Positions 43,743 to 52,669 of a stretch of 64,000 nucleotides of DNA are shown here, piece by piece. A program made the position numbers and the translations under genes. The notes below the pieces were generated by a model. The model was not told the origin of the DNA. It worked only from the letters and a program-made list of their open reading frames with translations, and did not search any database. This DNA is from a virus: positions 5,433 to 69,432 of the IMG/VR virus record IMGVR_UViG_3300035182_000347; one strand, written 5' to 3'. Position 1 is the stretch's first letter, and each line of letters opens with the position of its first letter.

Positions 43743-44624
43743 ATGAAGCCAATCATCCTACTCATCAAGGCCATCGATAAACGCGATACGCACACGGGCA
43801 GCCTGTTTGACGAGCGCGTTGAAACGCATACGCGCAAGGATGGCGTGGTGCAGCGGTACCACGTCAGCGCCGTCCCGCAGATCGTCACTGTGGCGCGAAT
43901 TAACACCATTCACGACAAGCGGCAGCTGGTAGACAAGCGCGACATGCTGCGTGACTTTTTGAGCACCAAGCCGGAGTCGCCGAACGCCGATAGTTGGCGC
44001 AAGCAGATTGCAGAAATTGACGCGCAGATTAGCCCGCACGCTGACCCGAAGAAAGAGTCTGCCAAGAAGCAAACCCCGGATATGTCCGGCTGGAGCGAAC
44101 ACCAGCAGGCCGCCTACGGTCTGCGCAAGGAGTACGAAGACACATTCATGTACGCGAGCCCGAAGGAGCTGGGTGAGTTCAAGCGGAAAATCCGGCGCGT
44201 AGCGAAGACCATCCCAGAGAGCGATGAGAGGGCCGTTACGCAGGTCGACCTACTGGTCACGCGCGTATGGGGTGCCGACTTCGATCCAAGGCGGGCCGAC
44301 GTTGAATTCGCCAAACCAGCCAATCAATCGCTTCCAGCACCAGAAGGAAGTCACTCTGCCGCCGTCCCGCCAGCGCCGACTTATGACGCTGCGACAATGG
44401 AAAGCATGATCGCCGTAGCCGCTGACTCATTGGCGAAGCTACGCAAGGTCGATGTATTTCGGGTGCTCGAAAGCAACAGCCGCAACACGCAACTCGCAAG
44501 GTACATCGCCGCAAACCGTCAAGACTTGGCTATTGAGGTCAGAGAAGTCATGGAAGACGAATTTGGCATCAAGGACTGGATGACCAAATCCATGCGATTC
44601 CGAATCATCCAGAGGAACCCATGA
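43743..44624 (+). CDS. putative virion-internal protein
   Basis: IILLIKA leader; HTRKDGVVQRYH motif. Confidence 0.7.
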   Translation: MKPIILLIKAIDKRDTHTGSLFDERVETHTRKDGVVQRYHVSAVPQIVTVARINTIHDKRQLVDKRDMLRDFLSTKPESPNADSWRKQIAEIDAQISPHADPKKESAKKQTPDMSGWSEHQQAAYGLRKEYEDTFMYASPKELGEFKRKIRRVAKTIPESDERAVTQVDLLVTRVWGADFDPRRADVEFAKPANQSLPAPEGSHSAAVPPAPTYDAATMESMIAVAADSLAKLRKVDVFRVLESNSRNTQLARYIAANRQDLAIEVREVMEDEFGIKDWMTKSMRFRIIQRNP

Positions 44625-45382
44625 GCCTATTCCCCACCAAATCCACCATCGTGTCTGAATTGCGCGCAGACCGCCTTGTTTTGGCTAGCAAGTATTTCAA
44701 GGCATCCGCACTGTCAGACGACTACCTCTACAGCAAAGTGCTCACGGCGGAAGCGCAGGCAGCGCGTAGCTTGCGTGTGCCACTGGAGCCCACCACGTTC
44801 TTTGCTGGCGAACCCACTGCCGAAGAAATCACGGCGGCCGGCACCAATCCATGGCAGGAAGAATCGGCTTATGACTACGAGCCCGGTTTATGGAACCCAG
44901 ATGACTGGGGCTACCTGGTGCTGCGACAAAAACCCGTCATCAGCGTATCGTTGATCGAATTCGTCTATCCGTCGCCCGTCGCAGGAACTTTTGCCATTCC
45001 CGCCAACTGGATTCGCCTCGACAAAAAGGCTGGGCATATCCGCTTTGTGCCGGCCGGGGCATCGGTCATGTCGGGCGCATTCGGGTCAATGATCCTCTCC
45101 TTGGTGGCTGGCGGGCGAAATGTGCCGCAGATGATTCGTGTGCGCTACGTCGCCGGCCTGAGCAATGCGGCAACCGCGTACCCTGACTTGATCAACCTAA
45201 TCAAGAAAATGACCGTCCTGAGCATCATGAGCGATGCCTTTACGGAGCAGTCTGGATCAATCTCTGCCGACGGACTCAGCCAGTCGTTTTCGGCCGATCT
45301 GGATAAATTCAAGGGTAGCATTGATGGCGAGCTGGATACGCTGCGGCAGTCGATTCACGGCATCCGAATGGCGGTGCTGTGA
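44621..45382 (+). CDS. head-tail adaptor/neck protein
   Basis: Position; LRQKPVISV, VRYVAG, SISADGLSQS. Confidence 0.7.
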   Translation: MSLFPTKSTIVSELRADRLVLASKYFKASALSDDYLYSKVLTAEAQAARSLRVPLEPTTFFAGEPTAEEITAAGTNPWQEESAYDYEPGLWNPDDWGYLVLRQKPVISVSLIEFVYPSPVAGTFAIPANWIRLDKKAGHIRFVPAGASVMSGAFGSMILSLVAGGRNVPQMIRVRYVAGLSNAATAYPDLINLIKKMTVLSIMSDAFTEQSGSISADGLSQSFSADLDKFKGSIDGELDTLRQSIHGIRMAVL

Positions 45383-46011
45383 TGCAGCTTGACCCCGGCG
45401 CTTTCAATGACTTCCTGAATTGCATTGGCCAGAACATGTCATGGCGACGGGCATTTGCTTGCCCCTGCCTGAATCCGAACTCGGGATCGCCTAACCCTGT
45501 CTGCCCATCCTGCAATGGCAAGGGGCGCACCTGGGCCGTGGCGGTTACTGGTATGTCCGGCATTGCCGGCATGAAGGTACAGCGCGAGTGGGCGCAGTAT
45601 GGCCTATGGGAATCCGGCGATGTGGTGCTAACCATTCCGTCGGATTCTCCTTTGTACGCGATGGGCCCATTTGACCGGGTGGTTTTTACCGATGCCAGCG
45701 AACCGTTTTCCATCAGCATGACGCGCGGCGACAATGACGTTCTGCGCTTTCCGGTTGTCGCGATTGACCGGGTTTTCTGGCTCAATGGATCGAGCGCTAT
45801 CGTTGAAGGCGGCATTCCAACGGTGAGCACTGCCGGTGTTCTGACATGGGCCACTGGCGAGCCAGCAGCAGGAACGCAATACAGCATCACTGGTCGCCAG
45901 CGGCCGGAATACTTCATGTTTCAGGAAATGCCGTCTGACCGGGCGTTTCACTCCGGGGCCGCGCTGCCTCGTCGCGTAACCTTGCGTAAATATGACCTCT
46001 ATGGCAGGTAA
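45382..46011 (+). CDS. neck/head-closure protein with Zn-binding Cys
   Basis: CPC...CPSCNGKG, as in Twort-like neck proteins. Confidence 0.7.
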   Translation: MQLDPGAFNDFLNCIGQNMSWRRAFACPCLNPNSGSPNPVCPSCNGKGRTWAVAVTGMSGIAGMKVQREWAQYGLWESGDVVLTIPSDSPLYAMGPFDRVVFTDASEPFSISMTRGDNDVLRFPVVAIDRVFWLNGSSAIVEGGIPTVSTAGVLTWATGEPAAGTQYSITGRQRPEYFMFQEMPSDRAFHSGAALPRRVTLRKYDLYGR

Positions 46012-46783
46012 CGATATTCAGCTGGAGCTTTCCAGCCTTAAAGATTTTCCTGCGGCCATGAAGGGAGTGCTGGATGTGGCCATTGCCGGCGCGATGGTTA
46101 ATATCGCTACGCAGATCAAGGCGGATTGGCAGGAGACTATTCAGCGATCTGGAGGCAAAGGCGGCCTTAATGCATGGGAGCGCGACACCTACGCCAATAG
46201 CCTGAAATGGGAGGCATCCGCCTACTCCGCCCGGATATGGTCTGACTGGAAGCTTTCTGACGAGGTGGAGGCCGGACGCCCGGAGCGCGACATGAAGATG
46301 ATGTTGCGCACTAGCACCAAGGTTCGACAAACCAAGGCCGGCAAGCGCTATCTCATCATCCCATTCCGGCATAACGTACCTGGCAGCAACGCCCATGCAC
46401 AGTCAATGCCAAAAGAGGTGTATGCCGCGGCAAAGGAACTCACCAAGTCGCACGTTACCGGCATGGGGCTGCGCCGCTCGGCATCCGGTCATCTCGTTGC
46501 CCAGCGCACCTACCTGTGGGGCGGTAAGTTGCCGGAAGGTCTTGCGCCAAAACTGCAATCCAAGTCGGACCATTACGCCGGCATGGTGCGCATGGATACC
46601 TCATCAGGTAAGCAGAAATCCTCAGCCTACCTCACCTTCCGCGTCATGTCGGAATATTCATCTGGCTGGATCATGCCGGCGAAGCCTGGGTTATTCATCG
46701 TGCAAGGCGTTGTTGACCGCATGCGCGGTGCAGCCAGCCAATCACTGAATGATGCAATTCTGAATATCGCGCATAGCGCCTGA
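46001..46783 (+). CDS. neck/tail-completion protein
   Basis: RYLIIPFRH, YLTFRVMS...W. Confidence 0.65.
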   Translation: MAGNDIQLELSSLKDFPAAMKGVLDVAIAGAMVNIATQIKADWQETIQRSGGKGGLNAWERDTYANSLKWEASAYSARIWSDWKLSDEVEAGRPERDMKMMLRTSTKVRQTKAGKRYLIIPFRHNVPGSNAHAQSMPKEVYAAAKELTKSHVTGMGLRRSASGHLVAQRTYLWGGKLPEGLAPKLQSKSDHYAGMVRMDTSSGKQKSSAYLTFRVMSEYSSGWIMPAKPGLFIVQGVVDRMRGAASQSLNDAILNIAHSA

Positions 46784-46798
46784 AAGTCGCGAATTCAG

Positions 46799-46814
46799 GT
46801 CGTGACTTCAGAAT
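46799..46814 (+). promoter_or_regulatory. putative late promoter for the lysis cluster
   Basis: GTCGTGAC-TT-CAGAAT. Confidence 0.7.
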
Positions 46815-46832
46815 ACAGTCAAACCACAAATC

Positions 46833-47291
46833 ATGCGAGGCACCGTGAAAATCGTTTTCATCTATGGCAATCAGCTGCCCTCTGTGCTGAGCAAGGCCTT
46901 CACCGGCTCGACCTGTTATCACGTCGGCTTCACCGATGGCGCGCGCTTCTGGGACATGAACCTGCTGCGCCGTCGCCGGCTGTGGCCGTGCTATCCGGCA
47001 GAGCGCGTGATTCTTGCCGAGTGCCCCGTCGATGTTCCTGCGGACTACCTAGAGCACATGCTCGACATCGATGATGCCACGTATGGATGGCGCGATTATT
47101 TGCTGTTCGTGCTGCGCCCGCTGTATCACCTATTCGGCAAAAGCACGCGTAATGCCGGAGGCGTGATCTGCTCTGAAATGGTTGCCAATGACCTGATCGC
47201 AATGGGATGGCCAGTTCGATTTTCCGAAGTTCCAAGCCCCGCAGACCTTGAACTCTCAATCCTCGGAAAAAAGGACGCCATTCATGGTTGA
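46833..47291 (+). CDS. permuted papain-like (NlpC/P60 superfamily) protein
   Basis: YHVGF His before ICSEMVA Cys; terminal SPADL. Confidence 0.7.
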   Translation: MRGTVKIVFIYGNQLPSVLSKAFTGSTCYHVGFTDGARFWDMNLLRRRRLWPCYPAERVILAECPVDVPADYLEHMLDIDDATYGWRDYLLFVLRPLYHLFGKSTRNAGGVICSEMVANDLIAMGWPVRFSEVPSPADLELSILGKKDAIHG

Positions 47292-47574
47292 AAAATGTAA
47301 CGCACAACAAGGCGATTGCCCGCAGGCATCGCAGCAGGCATCGCAGCAGGCATCTCAGGCGGCAGATGCCGCCGTTAAAAGGGTGTTTGCCATTTTGGGC
47401 GTCGATATTGACAAACCAGAGTCGGTCGAGGAATTCCGCGAAGACCTGCGATTCGGCAAGAAGCTGCGGCGAGTGGCCGACCAGAGCTTGCTGGCGCTGT
47501 TCGGCGTCGTCATGGCTGGCCTGGCTGCCGCTGTCTGGGCTGGAATTGTCTCCAGTATTCCGAGGGGGCACTAA
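47284..47574 (+). CDS. membrane protein (lysis cluster)
   Basis: FREDLRF followed by one C-terminal TM helix. Confidence 0.65.
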   Translation: MVEKCNAQQGDCPQASQQASQQASQAADAAVKRVFAILGVDIDKPESVEEFREDLRFGKKLRRVADQSLLALFGVVMAGLAAAVWAGIVSSIPRGH

Positions 47575-47653
47575 TGACTTTTCCTCAGCGCCACAATCAG
47601 CGCGTATGCGCGAGTCATCAATTGCCGTTCCGTGCCGAGTGAGAGGTTATCTT

Positions 47654-47863
47654 ATGATGATCCCGAATTGGAAGCGCGTCTTGCGCAAGGCATGGAGCAT
47701 CCGGCTGATGGTGCTCGCCGGGTTCCTGTCTGGCTGCGAGGTCATCCTGCCGATGTACCAGGAATCTATCCCGCGTGGCACCTTCGCCATGCTGTCGATG
47801 CTGGCCATTGGCGGCGGATTTATTGCGCGGATCGTCTCACAGAAAGGCATGAGAGATGAATAA
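47654..47863 (+). CDS. putative holin
   Basis: MMIPNWKRVLRKAWSIRL, two TM segments, GAGG SD. Confidence 0.7.
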   Translation: MMIPNWKRVLRKAWSIRLMVLAGFLSGCEVILPMYQESIPRGTFAMLSMLAIGGGFIARIVSQKGMRDE

Positions 47864-48041
47864 GTATGGCTCCCGCAAGTTCATCATTGCCGTGCTGGTG
47901 CTGGTTACCGCGACATGGTTACGGATCGAGGCACTGATCGAGTCCACCGACTTCGTGAGGCTTGCCATTGCTGTCCTGGGTCTGTATGGTCTGTCGAATG
48001 TCGGGCAGAAAGTGTGGGGCAAAGATGCAGCTGCGCAATAA
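47856..48041 (+). CDS. second putative holin/antiholin
   Basis: SRKF, two TM segments, NVGQK. Confidence 0.65.
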   Translation: MNKYGSRKFIIAVLVLVTATWLRIEALIESTDFVRLAIAVLGLYGLSNVGQKVWGKDAAAQ

Positions 48042-48501
48042 GAGGCTTACCGCTGCTGCCGCTATTGCCGCGGCTGCCGCCATTCAGGCTGAGGGATTGC
48101 GTCAGGTGGCTTACTACGATCCCCCCGGAATCCTGACCGTTTGCTATGGCTCAACCACAGACGTGCAGCCCGGCAAGGTGTACTCGCTAACCGAATGCCG
48201 CGCCAGGCTCGATCATGACATGCAGGCCGCCGTCGAGATGGTGGAGCGCTGTGCGCCAGGCCTTGGCGAAAACCAACTCGCCGCCTTTGCTGATGCGGCT
48301 TACAATATTGGGCCGAAAGTCGCTTGCGACACCAAAAACTCTACAGCGGCACGCCTTCTCAGGTCAGGCCAGATCGGCGCGGCCTGCGCGCAACTACCGC
48401 GCTGGAATAAAGCGCGCGTGGCTGGGGTGACGGTCGAACTTCCGGGGCTGACGAAGCGCCGGCAGGTGGAATACGCTTTGTGCATGCGTGGGCTGACGTG
48501 A
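48025..48501 (+). CDS. endolysin, GH24 lysozyme (possible SAR)
   Basis: Ala-rich N-terminus, EG...YYD..G..TVCYG.T, YNIG, GLTKRR. Confidence 0.92.
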   Translation: MQLRNKRLTAAAAIAAAAAIQAEGLRQVAYYDPPGILTVCYGSTTDVQPGKVYSLTECRARLDHDMQAAVEMVERCAPGLGENQLAAFADAAYNIGPKVACDTKNSTAARLLRSGQIGAACAQLPRWNKARVAGVTVELPGLTKRRQVEYALCMRGLT

Positions 48502-48692
48502 CCAGCGCCCTAATAAAGCACTGCACCGTGGCGCACTGCGCTTGGCGTGATCGCTGCGCGAACCATGCACCGCAGACGACGAGAACGACGGGGATGATCT
48601 GGCTAATAAAGGCGGAGGATGCCTGCGACTGGTATGAACAAAAGCCGCCAAAGGCGTGGGGCCACGGCCGCGATAACGAGGAGAACGACTGA
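48498..48692 (+). CDS. small Cys-rich hypothetical protein
   Basis: HC...HC..R..C...C.WY; fills gap with overlaps. Confidence 0.45.
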   Translation: MTSALIKHCTVAHCAWRDRCANHAPQTTRTTGMIWLIKAEDACDWYEQKPPKAWGHGRDNEEND

Positions 48693-49255
48693 TGCCGGAT
48701 ATCCGAATCATGCTGATGATTGCAGCTGTGGCGCTTTCAGCGCTGGCCGGCTGGGCAACGCGCGGCTGGAAGGAAGATGCCGCTCGGCTGGCGGCAGAGC
48801 GTGCGGCAGTGAAACAGTTGCAGGAAGTGTCCGGCCGGTATGGCCAGGCGCTCAACAATGCAAACGACGCGCTGGCGAAGGACCACCTGCAGTCCAGCGC
48901 AGAACGGCATGATTTCAACAGGAGATTGCGCGATGCGAGAAAAAATGGAACGAAACTCGTTGGGTTTGACGCCAGGCTTGACGCTGGCGGACCGACTGAT
49001 TTTGGCGGCCGGGTGCATTTTGACCCTGTTTTTGTCCAGCTGTGGGACGACGGCCTTGCCGTTGGCCTGCCCTCCGCCTACCGCACCGCCAGCCCTGACC
49101 GATCCGGTACCGGGTCCGATCTACTTGACCCCGAAGACCTCCTCGATAACGTCGCTGAAAACGGAGAGCAGTGTAACGAAATTAGGAACAGGCTTTTGGT
49201 CGCAAAGCAATGGGCTGTCGAAATAGGGGCGGCGAAGCAAGGTAAATCCCAATGA
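48692..49255 (+). CDS. Rz-like spanin
   Basis: N-terminal TM (AGW..RGW), coiled coil, follows endolysin. Confidence 0.65.
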   Translation: MPDIRIMLMIAAVALSALAGWATRGWKEDAARLAAERAAVKQLQEVSGRYGQALNNANDALAKDHLQSSAERHDFNRRLRDARKNGTKLVGFDARLDAGGPTDFGGRVHFDPVFVQLWDDGLAVGLPSAYRTASPDRSGTGSDLLDPEDLLDNVAENGEQCNEIRNRLLVAKQWAVEIGAAKQGKSQ

Positions 49256-50076
49256 TCACTTTCGCCATCCCGCTTCCTGTAGGCAATGCCAACAAGATCA
49301 TTCTTGCGCCGATTGCCGGGGCGACGAAATGGAAACTGCTACGCAAAAGCGAGGACACCTTTACCGGCCACGACGATTCGGGCGCGCTGCTGGTGCATGA
49401 AGGCACAGAAATCTATTTTCTCGATACTGCCTCAATTGCCAATGGTCAGGCGTACTACTACCGCGCTTATTACCTGATAGGGGCAACATGGATCGCCTCT
49501 GCGACAGTCAGCGTTACGCCGGCCTGCACCTTTGTTGGCGCGATGGATGTGATGAACACCTTGCGCGACCGATTGGATTCCGGATTGCGGTCGCTGCTCG
49601 CCAGAAACATCGTCGCGCATCCAAAGGGACATATCCCTGTCCTGCTTGCGCCGCCCGCGCTGGAAGATTCGACCTTCCCAGTCGTGACGCTACATTTGAC
49701 TTCGGAAACATCGTCCGATCACTTCATTGGCGACTTGCTGGGTCGGGATGTCAGGCTGGATAACGGCGATTGGCAAGAAGGAAGCGGATGGTGGCAGCGC
49801 GTGCAGGTATCCATTGTCGGCTGGAGTCAAAACCCCGACGAACGCGCCATGTTGCGGATTGCCGTCCGCGATGTGGTGCTGGCCAACCTGGAAGTGTTTG
49901 CCGCCGTAGGGATGATGCAGATCGAGTTTAGCCAGCAGCAGATTGAGGATTTCGCGAGTTACGGTGCCCCGATGTACGAAGCCATGGGAAACCTGACCTG
50001 CACCACACCAGTAATGGTGACATCGACGGTCAATCCGATTGGCGATGTGACCATAACGCAAGGCGTTACGAACTAA
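49252..50076 (+). CDS. tail terminator/neck protein
   Basis: Upstream of sheath; FPVVTLHL, WSQNPDER. Confidence 0.6.
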   Translation: MITFAIPLPVGNANKIILAPIAGATKWKLLRKSEDTFTGHDDSGALLVHEGTEIYFLDTASIANGQAYYYRAYYLIGATWIASATVSVTPACTFVGAMDVMNTLRDRLDSGLRSLLARNIVAHPKGHIPVLLAPPALEDSTFPVVTLHLTSETSSDHFIGDLLGRDVRLDNGDWQEGSGWWQRVQVSIVGWSQNPDERAMLRIAVRDVVLANLEVFAAVGMMQIEFSQQQIEDFASYGAPMYEAMGNLTCTTPVMVTSTVNPIGDVTITQGVTN

Positions 50077-50080
50077 GGAG

Positions 50081-50326
50081 ATGGAAATGGAAAATACACC
50101 CACGGAATATGGCGAAGATGTTGCGGAGTCGGTCACGACGCCACAGAGCGAAGTTGCCGAATTTGACCTTACGCTGCAAGAGTTCTGCATGCGACTGTCG
50201 AACATTGACAAGCGTGTTGAGCTGATAGGCGGCTTTGAGCACTCGGAGCGTGTTGCCGGCCGGGCGAAGGATACCGAATCCGCCTATCGCCAGCGCTACA
50301 CCGCCTTCATCAATCGCCCTGCTTAA
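50081..50326 (+). CDS. hypothetical protein
   Basis: AAGGAG SD; small gene before sheath. Confidence 0.7.
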   Translation: MEMENTPTEYGEDVAESVTTPQSEVAEFDLTLQEFCMRLSNIDKRVELIGGFEHSERVAGRAKDTESAYRQRYTAFINRPA

Positions 50327-50340
50327 TCTAGGAGACTATC

Positions 50341-52056
50341 ATGGGTGTTTTCTTCAATGGCCGGCTGTGGATCAGCCCGGCAACAATGAGCGTAGTCGAT
50401 GACTCCGCGATGTACAACAAAAACCTGTCGGTCGGCAATGTGCTGGCTTTGGTGGGTCGATCCGAGGGCGGGAAGCCTGCTACCGCATTGCGATTCGGTT
50501 CCGCCGAAGAGGCGCGCGCCGTCCTGCGGTCTGGAGATCTACTGAAGGCGGTTGAAAAGGCATTCGACCCGTCAAGCCAGACCTATGGACCCTCGACCGT
50601 GATTGCGTTGCGCGTGAATCCTGCCACTCAAGCTGCGCTGACTCTGAAAGATGGCACTGCGGCCGATGTCATTGATCTGCTCTCGACCGACTACGGCCTC
50701 TACACCAACCAGATCAAGGTCAAGGTTGAAACTGCGTCGACCAAGGGCAAGAAACTGACAACGCAGTTTGGAGACAGTTATTTCTCGGCCGATAACGTCT
50801 ACCGTGATGCCTTCTCGGTGGTTTATACCGGGGCACAAGTCACCGCGACGATCAGTATCACTGACTCGACCGTCACGCTCTACGCGCCGGCTGCCACATC
50901 CGTGGCCACCATTGACCTCAACAGCTACAACACGATTGTCGAAGTCGTGGATCGCATCAATGCCGTTTCCGGCTTCGCGGCGACCGTGCTCGATGGCAAT
51001 GCTGAAAAAGCATCGCTCAGTGCACTGGACGCCATCACTGCGCAAAGCGTTAAGACTACGGACTATACCGTGACAGCCAACCTGCAGGCGATTGTCGACT
51101 GGCTCAACGGCACGGGCGAGGGGTATGTCACCGCGACGCGTAAGGCCAATGCCGGGACAGTTCCGGCCAATATCGCCTTCACCTATCTGGCAGGCGCAAC
51201 CGATGGCTCGGTAACCAACACCGAGTGGGGCAACTGCTTCACCGCGCTTCAGTCCGAGGACGTTCAGTGGGTGGTTCCGGTTTCATCCGATCCGTCGATT
51301 CACGCCATGACGGACACGCACTGCTCGTACATGAGCAACATTGCCCGCATGGAGCGCCGCTGCATCGTGGGGGGCGATACCGGAGCAACGGATGATGCCG
51401 CGATTGCCGCTGCCAAGGCGCTGAACGACGACCGCACATCGTATGTGCATCTCGGCTTCTACGACTACAACGATGCCGGGAAGCTGACCCTTTACCCGCC
51501 CTACATCCTTGCCGCGCAATTGGCGGGAATGTTCTCTGGCGTCAACCCAGGAACCGCCCTGACCAACAAGTCGATCAAGGTTCGTGGCCTGGAGCGCAAG
51601 CTGCGCAACCCGACCGATACCGACAATTTGATTGAGGGTGGCGTGCTGTGCGTGGAAGACACCCCGAAGGGCTACAAGGTGGTGAAATCCATCTCTACGT
51701 GGCTCATCAACGACAACTACAACCGCGTGGAAGTCTCTACGGGCGTAGCGTGCGACTTCATCTCCCGTAACGTTCGCAATATTCTGGATGATCTGCGCGG
51801 GATGAAGGGCACGCCGGTACTGTTGGCAAGCGCGGTCTCTCGCGTCAAGTCGACGCTGGACAAGCTGGCAGAACCGGAACCGATGGGCCCGGCTGTTATT
51901 GTGGGCGACAAGGAAAATCCAGCCTACAAAAACGTGACGGCCAGTCTTGAGGGCGACGTGATGAAGGTTTCCTTTGAGTGCCATCCGGTGATCAGCGTGA
52001 ACTACATTCCCGTGGTGATCTACGCCGTGCCGTACAGCGGAAGCGCATCGGCCTAA
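50341..52056 (+). CDS. tail sheath protein
   Basis: VGRSEGGKP...AR.VLRSGDLL.A resembles recalled Twort/K sheath; 571 aa. Confidence 0.92.
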   Translation: MGVFFNGRLWISPATMSVVDDSAMYNKNLSVGNVLALVGRSEGGKPATALRFGSAEEARAVLRSGDLLKAVEKAFDPSSQTYGPSTVIALRVNPATQAALTLKDGTAADVIDLLSTDYGLYTNQIKVKVETASTKGKKLTTQFGDSYFSADNVYRDAFSVVYTGAQVTATISITDSTVTLYAPAATSVATIDLNSYNTIVEVVDRINAVSGFAATVLDGNAEKASLSALDAITAQSVKTTDYTVTANLQAIVDWLNGTGEGYVTATRKANAGTVPANIAFTYLAGATDGSVTNTEWGNCFTALQSEDVQWVVPVSSDPSIHAMTDTHCSYMSNIARMERRCIVGGDTGATDDAAIAAAKALNDDRTSYVHLGFYDYNDAGKLTLYPPYILAAQLAGMFSGVNPGTALTNKSIKVRGLERKLRNPTDTDNLIEGGVLCVEDTPKGYKVVKSISTWLINDNYNRVEVSTGVACDFISRNVRNILDDLRGMKGTPVLLASAVSRVKSTLDKLAEPEPMGPAVIVGDKENPAYKNVTASLEGDVMKVSFECHPVISVNYIPVVIYAVPYSGSASA

Positions 52057-52093
52057 TCGCAGCGCGCAGTACCCCAGGCGTTCAGCCGAAACA

Positions 52094-52128
52094 AACTCCC
52101 CGGTGGGCAATTTGCTCCCCGGGGAGTT
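52094..52128 (+). other. long GC-rich hairpin in the sheath-tube intergenic region
   Basis: AACTCCCCGG-T-GGGCAA-T-TTGCTC-C-CCGGGGAGTT. Confidence 0.6.
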
Positions 52129-52195
52129 GCATTTTGGGCGGTCGCTTTGTCGATGCAGGCCATGCCACCGAAATTGTCATCGTAACCGTCCACCA

Positions 52196-52211
52196 GTCGT
52201 GACGCCATGAT
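52196..52211 (+). promoter_or_regulatory. putative late promoter (leadered)
   Basis: GTCGTGAC-GC-CATGAT; GGAGG SD before 52241. Confidence 0.75.
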
Positions 52212-52240
52212 AGCCCAATCTACCCCACGGAGGCTCCATC

Positions 52241-52666
52241 ATGGCAACTACGAACGTCCAAGCAAAATCTGCCAACCGAATCGCCATTCTCTACGACGGC
52301 AAGCAAGTTGGCGCGTGCAAAAGCGTTTCCTTGCACGAGAGCTACAACCACGAAACCGTGACCGGAATTGGCGACATCCACGTCATCGAGCATGTGCCGA
52401 CACTGGCTGCCTATTCGGTGCAGATCGAGGCGATGGTGCTGGAAAAAGAAGCCTTGCGCTCGGCGCAAATTCTCACTGAAGACGGCGATGATACCCTTGT
52501 CGGCCGCGTCTTCGACATCTCCGTGATTCACCGTGATACTGGCGAGGAGTTGCGCAAGTTCTCCGGCTGCACCTACGATTCCGGCGACATTCGCATCACT
52601 GCCAATCAGGTCATCAGCACCAGCGCCCAATTCAAAGCGCTGCGCGTTTCTGGCATGGGAGCGTAA
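52241..52666 (+). CDS. tail tube protein
   Basis: SANR....DGKQVG, V.GIGDI...EHV; follows sheath. Confidence 0.88.
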   Translation: MATTNVQAKSANRIAILYDGKQVGACKSVSLHESYNHETVTGIGDIHVIEHVPTLAAYSVQIEAMVLEKEALRSAQILTEDGDDTLVGRVFDISVIHRDTGEELRKFSGCTYDSGDIRITANQVISTSAQFKALRVSGMGA

Positions 52667-52669
52667 TTC

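Noticed and set aside
47321-47360. GCAGCAGGCATC short tandem repeat
   Set aside because: In-frame 12-nt coding repeat (QASQ); no evidence of phase variation.
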